Shown here in pieces: positions 38,507 through 46,868 of a stretch of 64,000 nt of DNA. The stretch is taken from contig JBGSPL010000004.1 in the NCBI GenBank assembly GCA_041738615.1, positions 1,203 to 65,202 on the forward strand, in the 5' to 3' direction. The DNA is from Patescibacteria group bacterium. GTDB taxonomy: Bacteria; Patescibacteriota; CPR2; UBA1875; CAIMLA01. The notes beneath the pieces were generated by a model. The model did no database searches. It saw only the letters and a program-made list of their open reading frames with translations, and was not told the origin of the DNA. Position 1 is the first letter of the stretch. Each line of letters starts with the position of its first letter. Both the position numbers and the translations under genes were made by a program.

Positions 38507-39307
38507 TTACTTGTTAAAGGAAAGTAGGTACTTTGTAGTTGGGATAGAGAACAGTAAACAGAGGAAACCGAAAACGTAGGCTATACTCATGTCAGTTGGA
38601 AGGCCTCTATATCCTACAAAGTAAATTATAAATGCGATATTTATCATCATAATTAGCGCAAACACTATGGATGCACCAGCTAGGATATAACCGATGTCTT
38701 TCCCCTTTTTCAGGTAGTAGCCAGAAAGTATTAGTAGGGGTAGACAGAGAGCCAGGTCGATAACGTATACACCGTTTGTGAATAAGCCAGCCTCTAGGAC
38801 GCTCTGAGGCGTAGTCCCAGCGAGCAAATTAGGGATGATGTCTTTTAGCCAAACTAGGTAGAATATAACGCCCAAGAATATAAGCGAATTAGCAACGAAC
38901 TTCCTTGACCAATTTTCGGTAAAGGTGCCATTTATGTTCATAAAATCAGACGTTGCCATCGAAAATATAAACAAATATGTACTTATTCCAAGGGCTGAAA
39001 GATAAAGTAGAAACATGGGGTTAAAATGAACCATGAAAGTGTAGATTAGATATGAATAGATCGTAAATACAAGAGTCCCTAGCCAGATTAACTTGGCGGC
39101 CAAACTACCTTTATAGGCAAGAAAAGAGGAAACCAAGATAGCCGGTACAGCGATTATCGTGTTTATCCAGTCCTGGGCCATACTCTGAGCAACCCAATTT
39201 AGAGTTTCTTGCGAATAGGCATTCGGAACAAATAAACCATAGATGGCGGTGGTAGCAACTATTGCAGCCAGAACTAACGACCAGACCAGATAGCTTTTTT
39301 TAAACAC
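38507..39307 (-). CDS. Polytopic membrane protein of unknown function
   Basis: A 266 aa protein with about 8 TM helices. Confidence 0.4.
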   Translation of the reverse strand: MFKKSYLVWSLVLAAIVATTAIYGLFVPNAYSQETLNWVAQSMAQDWINTIIAVPAILVSSFLAYKGSLAAKLIWLGTLVFTIYSYLIYTFMVHFNPMFLLYLSALGISTYLFIFSMATSDFMNINGTFTENWSRKFVANSLIFLGVIFYLVWLKDIIPNLLAGTTPQSVLEAGLFTNGVYVIDLALCLPLLILSGYYLKKGKDIGYILAGASIVFALIMMINIAFIIYFVGYRGLPTDMSIAYVFGFLCLLFSIPTTKYLLSFNK

Positions 39308-39634
39308 AAAAATCCTTTCTATTTATCAATAAGATTTTATCATAAAGTTCTTAGCAATTAGTACTAAAAGCGTTATCAATAGAAATAAGCTACCATACGG
39401 TAGCTTATCAAGTATGTTCTATTTGGCGAGCCAACCCTGTCATGTACCCACCACCTCTTACCTTACCCCCTACTAGAGATTCTGATGATTCTGCGAGAAA
39501 ATGAGACGAGACAAATGAGACAGTCCCCAGACTATTTGGAGTTTGTCTCAAAATGAAGAAGCCACCTCGGGAGAACCGAGTTCTTAGGGGTTAACCCAAG
39601 GTGGTTCTTCGTTGGTGGCTTTTGGCCGAGAGTG

Positions 39635-40342
39635 CTAGGACTTGCCTTGCGCCTCCAGGAACTGCTTGCCATGACCGAGATCGGTCCTGACAGGGTCGTT
39701 CTTGGCGCACAGGGGACATTCCGCCGCATCCCAGGCCGGATACTGACGATCGCAGAGTGAGAAGAGGTTGTCGACTCCGAGATCTTCGGCGGTAACTCCG
39801 CCACGATTCCAGAGATCGGCAACACCCCAGATGTCCTCGCCGCCGAGACAACGTACCAACTCGACGAGCTTCTTCGCGCTTCCGCCAGTGTTGAGGACGT
39901 CTTCGACGATCAGAACGCGCTGCTGGGGGTCAATGAACTTCTGCAACCCGCCTCGGACGAACAGCCTGGTCTTCAGAACCGAGTTGGCGCGCCCGGCGAC
40001 CATGCCTGGCTCTTTGTCGATGAACGGCTCCTTCTCCGCGAAGATCGCGTAGGTAGGCCGCTCGCTCACCTCGGTGATCCAGTCGGCGACATAGCTGGCC
40101 AAGATCGCTCCAACCGGAGCAATGCCGATGACCGTGTCGATCTGATCGCCGGAGACTTCCTCCGCGATCATTTCGGCCAAGTCCTCTACGGCGCGCGTTG
40201 ACGGGAAGACGAGATCCTTCGCGACGTACGCCTCGCCATGCTTGCCTGAGGTGTAGACGAAGTGCCCAGTCTCGAGTGCGCCGAGCCTTTCAAACAGCTC
40301 GATCACGTCTGACTGGTCGGACAGACTTCTAGTCTTATCCAT
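39635..40342 (-). CDS. pyrE: Orotate phosphoribosyltransferase-like type I PRTase, GC-rich
   Basis: VLIVEDVLNTGGSA is the PRPP-binding motif, and LGALETGHFVYTSGKHGEAYV is an OPRT-like N-terminus. GC content is about 60%. Confidence 0.55.
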   Translation of the reverse strand: MDKTRSLSDQSDVIELFERLGALETGHFVYTSGKHGEAYVAKDLVFPSTRAVEDLAEMIAEEVSGDQIDTVIGIAPVGAILASYVADWITEVSERPTYAIFAEKEPFIDKEPGMVAGRANSVLKTRLFVRGGLQKFIDPQQRVLIVEDVLNTGGSAKKLVELVRCLGGEDIWGVADLWNRGGVTAEDLGVDNLFSLCDRQYPAWDAAECPLCAKNDPVRTDLGHGKQFLEAQGKS

Positions 40343-40359
40343 CTTTCAGTACCTCCCTG

Positions 40360-41088
40360 CTAGTAGATGGCGATCTCGTCGACGATCTTCTCGAGGTTCT
40401 CCGCGGGGACGCCGTTGGTTATCGGGCGTCCGATGACCAGACGAGTGGCACCAGTCGCGATTGCGGCCGATGGAGTATCAGATCGGGCCTGATCGCCCTT
40501 GTCTGAACCAGCCGGACGAATGCCCGGTGTGTTCAGCGAGAGCTCGTCAAAGCGGCGTTCGGCCCGAATCGCGGCGATCTCCTGGGGAGAGCATACGATG
40601 TCCGTAAAGCCGCTGAAGAGCAACGCTTCGGCGTAGTAGAGCACTTGCTCGACCGGCGTGCGATAGTTGAACTCGCTCGCCACCACCTTGGGGGACTTGC
40701 TGGTCAACACGGTTACCCCGCAGGGCTTCGTACCGGCCTTGTGGCAAGCGTCGGCGAAGCGCTTCAGCGCTTCCTGCAGATTGGGATCATCGGCCGACAG
40801 GATGCCGGTCGACTGGGCGCCCGCCATGCAGTTCAGCATGTAGGGCTTGTGCTTCAAGTGCTTCTCGGCAAGACCAACGAGCTTCGTTGGGATCTCGATG
40901 AGCTTGGCGTCGTCAAACACCTTGATCCCACGATCGTTCAGGCGGTCGATGACTCCGAGTCCGATGTCGGTCACGAACAAGCGGTCGATCTTGACGATGC
41001 GCAGATTGGGCATGAGGTCGAGTGCAGCCATCAAGGCCGCCTCGTCCACCACATCTGCACTCCAGATGATACGATCAAGCGGGTCCAT
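40360..41088 (-). CDS. pyrF: Orotidine-5'-phosphate decarboxylase-like, GC-rich
   Basis: FDDAKLIEIPTK corresponds to the DxKxxDIP motif. LNTPGIRPAGSDKGDQARSDTP...LVIGRPIT parallels the PyrF C-terminus. An AGGAGGG SD precedes it. Confidence 0.55.
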   Translation of the reverse strand: MDPLDRIIWSADVVDEAALMAALDLMPNLRIVKIDRLFVTDIGLGVIDRLNDRGIKVFDDAKLIEIPTKLVGLAEKHLKHKPYMLNCMAGAQSTGILSADDPNLQEALKRFADACHKAGTKPCGVTVLTSKSPKVVASEFNYRTPVEQVLYYAEALLFSGFTDIVCSPQEIAAIRAERRFDELSLNTPGIRPAGSDKGDQARSDTPSAAIATGATRLVIGRPITNGVPAENLEKIVDEIAIY

Positions 41089-41283
41089 TTGATCCCTCCT
41101 CTTTCAGCTTCTCCCGAAGCTTGACGTCGATTCTCTGCCTTTAGACAGCTAGCTAACTCCAACAGGTTAGAGGCAATTAGCTGTCTAAAGAAATGTATAG
41201 GTACAAAAAGGATCCACAAACATGGACCCTCCGATATGGTTGAGATAATAACACAAATAGCTTGTTTTTTGAAGAGTTTAAGC

Positions 41284-42372
41284 CTATTTGTTAGGTTCGA
41301 GCTCTCCTTTTAGCTCTTCGTAGATCACTTCTTTATCGTCGATTCCGCGCAATCTGCCCGAGAGCAAACCTAGTTTATAGCTCACACCTTCACTCATTAC
41401 TTTCCAGTTGGTGTTATCGAGCATTTTAGTCAAAGATTTCTTTAAATCACTGCGGCTGTGACCCTCATCTCTGCCATGTTTGGTATCTTGGACGGTAAAG
41501 GTAATAATCAGGTCTCTGGTGACCTCTGTGTTGGTGATAACGAGGCCTTTGAAGTCATCCGCAGATAGCTTTTCGGCTAACAAATCGGAAAGTTCAGCAA
41601 TAGTGAGCTTTTTCGTGTTTTTTGCCTGTTCGTAGATCTCTTTATGTTTTTCTCTATCCGCCATTTCCTCGGATAGTTTTTTCATTTCGGGCAAATCAAC
41701 AGTTTTGAAACGGCGGTAATCTTCACCTTCTTTTTCGGAAAGACAAAACCTAGCCCGATCTTTCTCAAAGTCTGGGTCTACTGGCTCCTCTTTGGGTTTT
41801 TCATTCAGATCCAGAACAAATTCATCTTTGTTGCCACAATTCGGGCACGAATACTTGGTGACGACCTTCGCTTTGGACTTAATATATTTCTTTTCCCATT
41901 CCTTGTGGCATTTTGGACAGAAATCGTTCTTAAAAACGTAAGGTTCACCGTCACTATAGAAAGCTTTCTTCTCACTGCAAGGATCACAGCGGTACATAAA
42001 CATCATCCGGAGATTATTATCAGAGTCTTCGTCTAGTTCACCAACCATTAGCTTCATTTTTTGATTACATTTTGGGCAATAGGCGGTTGGGGCAGGATGG
42101 GACGCGACAAACTCATCGCGCTCCTTGTCCTTATCCATCCATTCCTGGATAGTTTCCTTGCGTTTTAGATAACGATCACCCTTACGGAAATATAGGGGTA
42201 AGTCTATAACAACTCTGCCTAGTCGTTCTTGCTCAGCTTTACTTAGTTTTTCAGCATCTTTCGGCAAACCTTTTTCATTGCAAATACGAATCCAAGTACG
42301 ACAACCTTCAACAGTGTGCTTGTCATAGAGGTTTTCGTAATAGGATTGTTCGCGTTGGTGCTTATAGCTCAT
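41284..42372 (-). CDS. Lys/Glu-rich hypothetical protein with four CxxC zinc-ribbon pairs
   Basis: It contains CPKC, CDPC, CPKC and CPNC; the protein is 362 aa. Confidence 0.4.
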   Translation of the reverse strand: MSYKHQREQSYYENLYDKHTVEGCRTWIRICNEKGLPKDAEKLSKAEQERLGRVVIDLPLYFRKGDRYLKRKETIQEWMDKDKERDEFVASHPAPTAYCPKCNQKMKLMVGELDEDSDNNLRMMFMYRCDPCSEKKAFYSDGEPYVFKNDFCPKCHKEWEKKYIKSKAKVVTKYSCPNCGNKDEFVLDLNEKPKEEPVDPDFEKDRARFCLSEKEGEDYRRFKTVDLPEMKKLSEEMADREKHKEIYEQAKNTKKLTIAELSDLLAEKLSADDFKGLVITNTEVTRDLIITFTVQDTKHGRDEGHSRSDLKKSLTKMLDNTNWKVMSEGVSYKLGLLSGRLRGIDDKEVIYEELKGELEPNK

Positions 42373-42390
42373 CTATCAAGCCTATGAATG

Positions 42391-42543
42391 TTAAGATCCT
42401 GCATCTTTTTCTTCTGCCGCCACGAATGTCCGTTCGTGGCATTTAGGACAATCATTGGAACCAGGATGCATTTCGTACCCTTCGCCGCACTTAGAACATT
42501 TTTTCATTTTAGCCTTTTCTTCACCCACGCTATCTCCTTTCAT
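42391..42543 (-). CDS. Unannotated 50-aa zinc-ribbon mini-protein (CxxC...CxxC)
   Basis: The minus-strand ORF reads MKGDSVGEEKAKMKKCSKCGEGYEMHPGSNDCPKCHERTFVAAEEKDAGS. It falls below the 60 aa cutoff of the ORF track and has a weak SD. Confidence 0.35.
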   Translation of the reverse strand: MKGDSVGEEKAKMKKCSKCGEGYEMHPGSNDCPKCHERTFVAAEEKDAGS

Positions 42544-42545
42544 AC

Positions 42546-43253
42546 TCAGCTTGGTAGTACTTCTTTTTCTTTAATATTCTTAACTGCCGAGAGTAAAACC
42601 TTGGCACGTTGGACCTTGATTTTCTTTTTATCACTTATGCCTTTGTAAAATAGCTCGAGCTGTTTTTCTTGGGAGGGGTTCAGTATTGTCCAGGTTTTTA
42701 AGTAATTTAAAATGTCCACGAGTACAAGACCGCAGTAACCGGTGCGCGACCTCAAAAAATATGGTTCTTCTACTATCGTGTAGCCTGGTCTAATGTTTTC
42801 CTTCAGTGCCTTTAGGATATTCGTTTTCACAAATGACTCTTCTTCGTCAAGCGCAACGAATATAAGGTCCTTCCCGCTTCCACTTATAGCTTTGGGGAGA
42901 GTTTTTATCCCTGCGACCAGAAGGTCGATATAATTTTTCTCCGACTTTCCCGCTCTGTTATAGAAAATACTATATTTTGCTCGTGCGTTTGTGTTTGCTT
43001 TGAGACCACCCAATGCAATCTCTGTTAAATTTATTCGTTCATCAACGCTAACGGTCTGATCTCCATTTGTGGCTGAAAAAATACATTCACCTTTGAACTC
43101 CTTTTCTGCGTCCCACTTGATGTTTTTTACCGCATTTTCGAATGAGAGCTTAACCTTTTTATAACTATTGGAGTTAATATTTAAAATTCCAAGACCAAAA
43201 TAATTTTTATCATTATGGCTGCACTGCACCTCGTCTATAAAAAGCATGATCAT
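42546..43253 (-). CDS. DUF3800-like protein
   Basis: The N-terminal MLFIDEVQ...YFGLGIL matches the DUF3800 (lyiDESG) start. It overlaps the upstream HEPN gene by 4 nt. Confidence 0.4.
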   Translation of the reverse strand: MIMLFIDEVQCSHNDKNYFGLGILNINSNSYKKVKLSFENAVKNIKWDAEKEFKGECIFSATNGDQTVSVDERINLTEIALGGLKANTNARAKYSIFYNRAGKSEKNYIDLLVAGIKTLPKAISGSGKDLIFVALDEEESFVKTNILKALKENIRPGYTIVEEPYFLRSRTGYCGLVLVDILNYLKTWTILNPSQEKQLELFYKGISDKKKIKVQRAKVLLSAVKNIKEKEVLPS

Positions 43254-44191
43254 TTCGTTGGTACCCTTAACTTGGACTTTTCTAACAAAGACAATAGATA
43301 ATCACCAAAAAGCACAATTTGGATTGCCCGTTCCCTAGTTACGCCATTAACAATGTTGTGCGCCTTGTCATTCCTGATAAATTTGAAGAATCCAAGGAAG
43401 ATAAGATGGATACCGTCTTGTTCATTTTTGTTGGAAGATATGATCAGTAGCCCATTTTCTGGATTAAGCGATTTTGAGACCAAGTCGACGCCGGTACAAT
43501 CCTTGAGACCTGAGATACTTTTCAGCATATGCTCAATCAAAACGGCGACCTCTCGTATCGGGCGGTCATAAAGACCATCTTTGTTTTTCCCGATAAGATC
43601 TAGTGTTCTTTTCCTTAATTCCTCGTCTATAATCAGATATTCTTCTGTAACAACATTTCCGTGGCCTTTGCCGTCTACTGCTGTTTTTGTTGTTATAGTA
43701 ACGGTTTTATCCTTACTCTCTTTGCTGGTAACAGATTTGTTAACAATTTGTTCGTCGATGAAGAGGAGGCTTGGCTCAACATCCTTGAAGACCGGAAGAT
43801 TAAGCTTATCTTTTACAAAGGCCAATCTTGAGTCGACCTCATTTAGCAAAATCTTTGGCAAACTTCTTTTCTCTGATACCAAAATAGATCTATTAACTTC
43901 TAGACGGCGGAGGTAGAGGATCAAACAGGACTTATACATTCGCATTAGCTCGGGGCTGTAACTGTATTCAACATCAAATTCGTCATTGCTGCTTAGTTTA
44001 TTTTTGGCATCTTCGATTATTCTTTCAACCAGTGACTTCTCCACAACTACCCGGCTATCCTCGATCCCAAACTGCTCAACTTCTTTGACAGCATGAGCAA
44101 GACCCTTATCGTACAGCTCAAGGCCTGCGATTATTGCTCTAATTGTGTCCTTATTAAAAACTACCGGCTGATAAACTGTCATTGAGCTCAT
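43250..44191 (-). CDS. HEPN-domain protein (C-terminal Rx4H motif)
   Basis: The C-terminal FFKFIRNDKAHNIVNGVTRERAIQIV carries an R-x4-H HEPN motif. Confidence 0.45.
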   Translation of the reverse strand: MSSMTVYQPVVFNKDTIRAIIAGLELYDKGLAHAVKEVEQFGIEDSRVVVEKSLVERIIEDAKNKLSSNDEFDVEYSYSPELMRMYKSCLILYLRRLEVNRSILVSEKRSLPKILLNEVDSRLAFVKDKLNLPVFKDVEPSLLFIDEQIVNKSVTSKESKDKTVTITTKTAVDGKGHGNVVTEEYLIIDEELRKRTLDLIGKNKDGLYDRPIREVAVLIEHMLKSISGLKDCTGVDLVSKSLNPENGLLIISSNKNEQDGIHLIFLGFFKFIRNDKAHNIVNGVTRERAIQIVLFGDYLLSLLEKSKLRVPTK

Positions 44192-44340
44192 TTCTTTTTA
44201 TGTTTACAAAACGGGGCTGCGTAGTGCACCCCCCAATATCTATATTATATTCCTTTCGGCTCGCTAAAAAAAGTATACAAAGGAGCTAACTATCGAGGGC
44301 GTCATATTCACAATCAGGATCTCCATCTAACGGATCATGA

Positions 44341-45546
44341 TTAATTACTTGCGATTTTGGCCTGATTATGATCAATTTGTTCAAGCCAGTTGCTAACGCC
44401 TAAATGATCAATGCCCTGACTTCTTAATATTTTTGCGATATCTAGCGCATTAATGATTAGTATTGGGTGTCCGTCCTCAATGACCTCCTTGTAAGCCTGC
44501 GAGTTGACGTAACTTGTTGTCACGAGTATCCCAAATTGACGATACCTCAATCTTGAAATTAGCCTAGACATAGGCTTGACACCAACTGATGTCTCCGCTG
44601 AGTAGCACTTTGCCTCAAGTGCACATTCAACCAATAGAGGGTTATGTGTTGTTCCAATCCTATACTTTCCTATAGCGTCACGTCCGCCGTCACGCCAAGG
44701 TCGGGTTAGATCAAATAGTTCGAAGTTATTATCCATCATCTGAACAATCTTGGTCGCGCATAACTCAAATCCAAAAGGATTAGTTGCGTAGTGTTCGCGT
44801 ATTTTACTTATCAACTTTCTGTCGTTATCATCTCTGGGTAATTGTTGTTCTCTGGTGGGAATTTCGGAGTTCTTTGGAGAGAGCAATGGTTGTATTCCTT
44901 GACGTCCAAACTGGATGAACTGCTTCCACGCTTTCGGTGCAATATCGATACTATTATCATGAATTTCTATCAGCTGCTTCAGCCAATCTTTTGAGATTAC
45001 CTCGTCGCCAGTATCTAGTATAGAAAAATACGCTTCGTAGTTTTGAAACCTGCTACCTTCTTTAGATCGCCAGATAGCATTTAGCTCCCTATCTGGTGGG
45101 ATATTTGGATTGCTCGGTGCCGCGACTCCAAGAAACTTTGCATCAAACGCATGTCCAGTCCACTGGAACACCAGAAACGGAGGTATATCCGTCCTCTCAG
45201 TTGAATCAAGTTTTGCAAATATATCTCTTAGATGTCGATTTCCTTTTTTGGGAGTGTCGTGTAGCTTTCTTCCCGGGGTTCTATTATCTCCAAAGTATCG
45301 CAGAACACCCGTCTCTGAATCCAGTGAGTCTGGCCATTCTATTTCCGCGAGCGAAGTATACAAGACAATATAGGCTAATTGCCCGCTATCATCTTGCCTT
45401 CTAACCCGTCTAAAGCCCCCTTGATTCTCGAGTTTAGGCAAAAGTTTACTTAAAGGCCCTTCACCGAATAATGTACCTTTGCTTTTATAAACAGCATCGA
45501 TAACCAACGGTGCTTTACTAAGTTCATCAAACTCATAAACACTCAT
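44341..45546 (-). CDS. Mrr-like (Mrr_cat) PD-(D/E)xK restriction endonuclease with about 270 aa N-terminal domain
   Basis: The C-terminal RPWRDGGRDAIGKY...LVECALEAKCY is an Mrr catalytic motif. Its stop overlaps the Dcm gene by 4 nt. Confidence 0.6.
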   Translation of the reverse strand: MSVYEFDELSKAPLVIDAVYKSKGTLFGEGPLSKLLPKLENQGGFRRVRRQDDSGQLAYIVLYTSLAEIEWPDSLDSETGVLRYFGDNRTPGRKLHDTPKKGNRHLRDIFAKLDSTERTDIPPFLVFQWTGHAFDAKFLGVAAPSNPNIPPDRELNAIWRSKEGSRFQNYEAYFSILDTGDEVISKDWLKQLIEIHDNSIDIAPKAWKQFIQFGRQGIQPLLSPKNSEIPTREQQLPRDDNDRKLISKIREHYATNPFGFELCATKIVQMMDNNFELFDLTRPWRDGGRDAIGKYRIGTTHNPLLVECALEAKCYSAETSVGVKPMSRLISRLRYRQFGILVTTSYVNSQAYKEVIEDGHPILIINALDIAKILRSQGIDHLGVSNWLEQIDHNQAKIASN

Positions 45547-46850
45547 GGGAGACTAATACTCTCTCGTAAACTGAGTTCACCAACCATTTCTGACTCTTCG
45601 GCTAACCTTTTATTCAATGTTTTAACGAGGATATGCTTATCGATGTGTAGTAGCTGCTTAAATATCTCCTCTAGCACAGGTACAGCGATACTGTTGCCGG
45701 CCATCTTTACAATTTTAGTGTTACTAAAGAAATTATCAGCAACATTTCTTTTAAAGTTGTTATTCATTATCACTTCATAGTCTTTGTCTTCGAAACCCAT
45801 CAGTAAAAGACATTCTCTCCCGGTAAGATACCTAAAGTTACTCTTTCCAGGAAGGTTGTTCTTATAAGCTATGATACCTGAGTTAGGGTGTCTGTCTTGC
45901 TTAGTCGTTAGAGTTAGGGCGATACGGGAGAAGTTTAATCCATCATATAACTTAAGGTTCTTTTCAAAAATCATTTGCCGTGATGGTGTGTCATTGGGTT
46001 GGCTGTCGTTCGCCTCGTTGAGTAATAATTCATTGTTATAATTTAACCTTAAATATTCAGATAGCATCCTAGGTGTTTTTCTGACCTTAGTAAGATCGTT
46101 TGTTTTGAAGTAATCCTCCAGTTTTTTCCTTGTTCTCGTGTTATTCCCGACATAAATACTAATCAGATAAGCACGTTTACGAATCTGCGGCAAACCAAAA
46201 TTGTTGGAGTTAAGAACGTAAAATTGGTTAAAATATCCGAGGTTATCCAAAGATGCTTTCCATTCCTCAAAATTTTTGTTGTGAGAACGAGATATGATAT
46301 TCGGTACATTCTCCATTAATAAAAACTTTGGCATGGGACGAGGGCTAGCTTTTCGCTCCTTGAGGATTCTTTCAATTTCCCATAGCATGCTAGACCGGTT
46401 AGCGGCACTTCGATCGATGCCATCAGTCTTTCCGTGCCAAGCATGAGCGACCGAAAGATCTTGGCAAGGGAAGGAATAGGTCAAGGCGTCCATTTCTTGG
46501 GGCAATAGAGACCCATTCATGTCAGTAACGCTAACATAATTGTTTGTCCTGTCGATAGCTGCGCATAATCTGCATAATACGTCCATGCTTAAGGCTCGAA
46601 TTATCTTCCAATCCGCCATAACCTTGCCATCAGTACTGAGTGTATATTTTTGTAACCTCGACAGCATTTCTTCGCGAGTTGCATCCTTGTACTTCGAAAG
46701 ATCTTGCGGCCCATTGTGAATAAGGTCGTAAGCGATAATTGAATGAATGTCCCAATCGGCAGTTCCAATAATCTCGAAGTCGCATCCAATATTCTTCAAT
46801 GCTTTTGCCTGTGCACCTATGCCGCTAAAGGCCTCTACTACTTTTAACAT
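45543..46850 (-). CDS. DNA (cytosine-5)-methyltransferase
   Basis: Motif I is FSGIGA, the catalytic motif is FPCQDLS, and ENVPN is LLMENVPNI. Confidence 0.9.
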   Translation of the reverse strand: MLKVVEAFSGIGAQAKALKNIGCDFEIIGTADWDIHSIIAYDLIHNGPQDLSKYKDATREEMLSRLQKYTLSTDGKVMADWKIIRALSMDVLCRLCAAIDRTNNYVSVTDMNGSLLPQEMDALTYSFPCQDLSVAHAWHGKTDGIDRSAANRSSMLWEIERILKERKASPRPMPKFLLMENVPNIISRSHNKNFEEWKASLDNLGYFNQFYVLNSNNFGLPQIRKRAYLISIYVGNNTRTRKKLEDYFKTNDLTKVRKTPRMLSEYLRLNYNNELLLNEANDSQPNDTPSRQMIFEKNLKLYDGLNFSRIALTLTTKQDRHPNSGIIAYKNNLPGKSNFRYLTGRECLLLMGFEDKDYEVIMNNNFKRNVADNFFSNTKIVKMAGNSIAVPVLEEIFKQLLHIDKHILVKTLNKRLAEESEMVGELSLRESISLP

Positions 46851-46868
46851 TTACCCTCCATACATACA

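Larger units (their letters stand above)
37670..39435. repeat. Three copies of intergenic motif TGTTCYATTTGGCGARC, each immediately followed by a short hairpin
   Basis: The copies lie at 37670-37699, 38474-38502 and 39415-39435. They occupy consecutive intergenic spacers of minus-strand genes. Confidence 0.5.

Noticed and set aside
39532-39851. Two minus-strand ORFs (97 and 86 aa) inside the pyrE region
   Set aside because: They are Arg/Ser/Pro-rich out-of-frame translations of the GC-rich pyrE gene.
42388-42648. 86-aa plus-strand ORF
   Set aside because: It is low-complexity and Phe/Leu-rich. It lies antisense to a plausible Cys4 zinc-ribbon mini-ORF and to the 3' end of the DUF3800 gene, with no SD.
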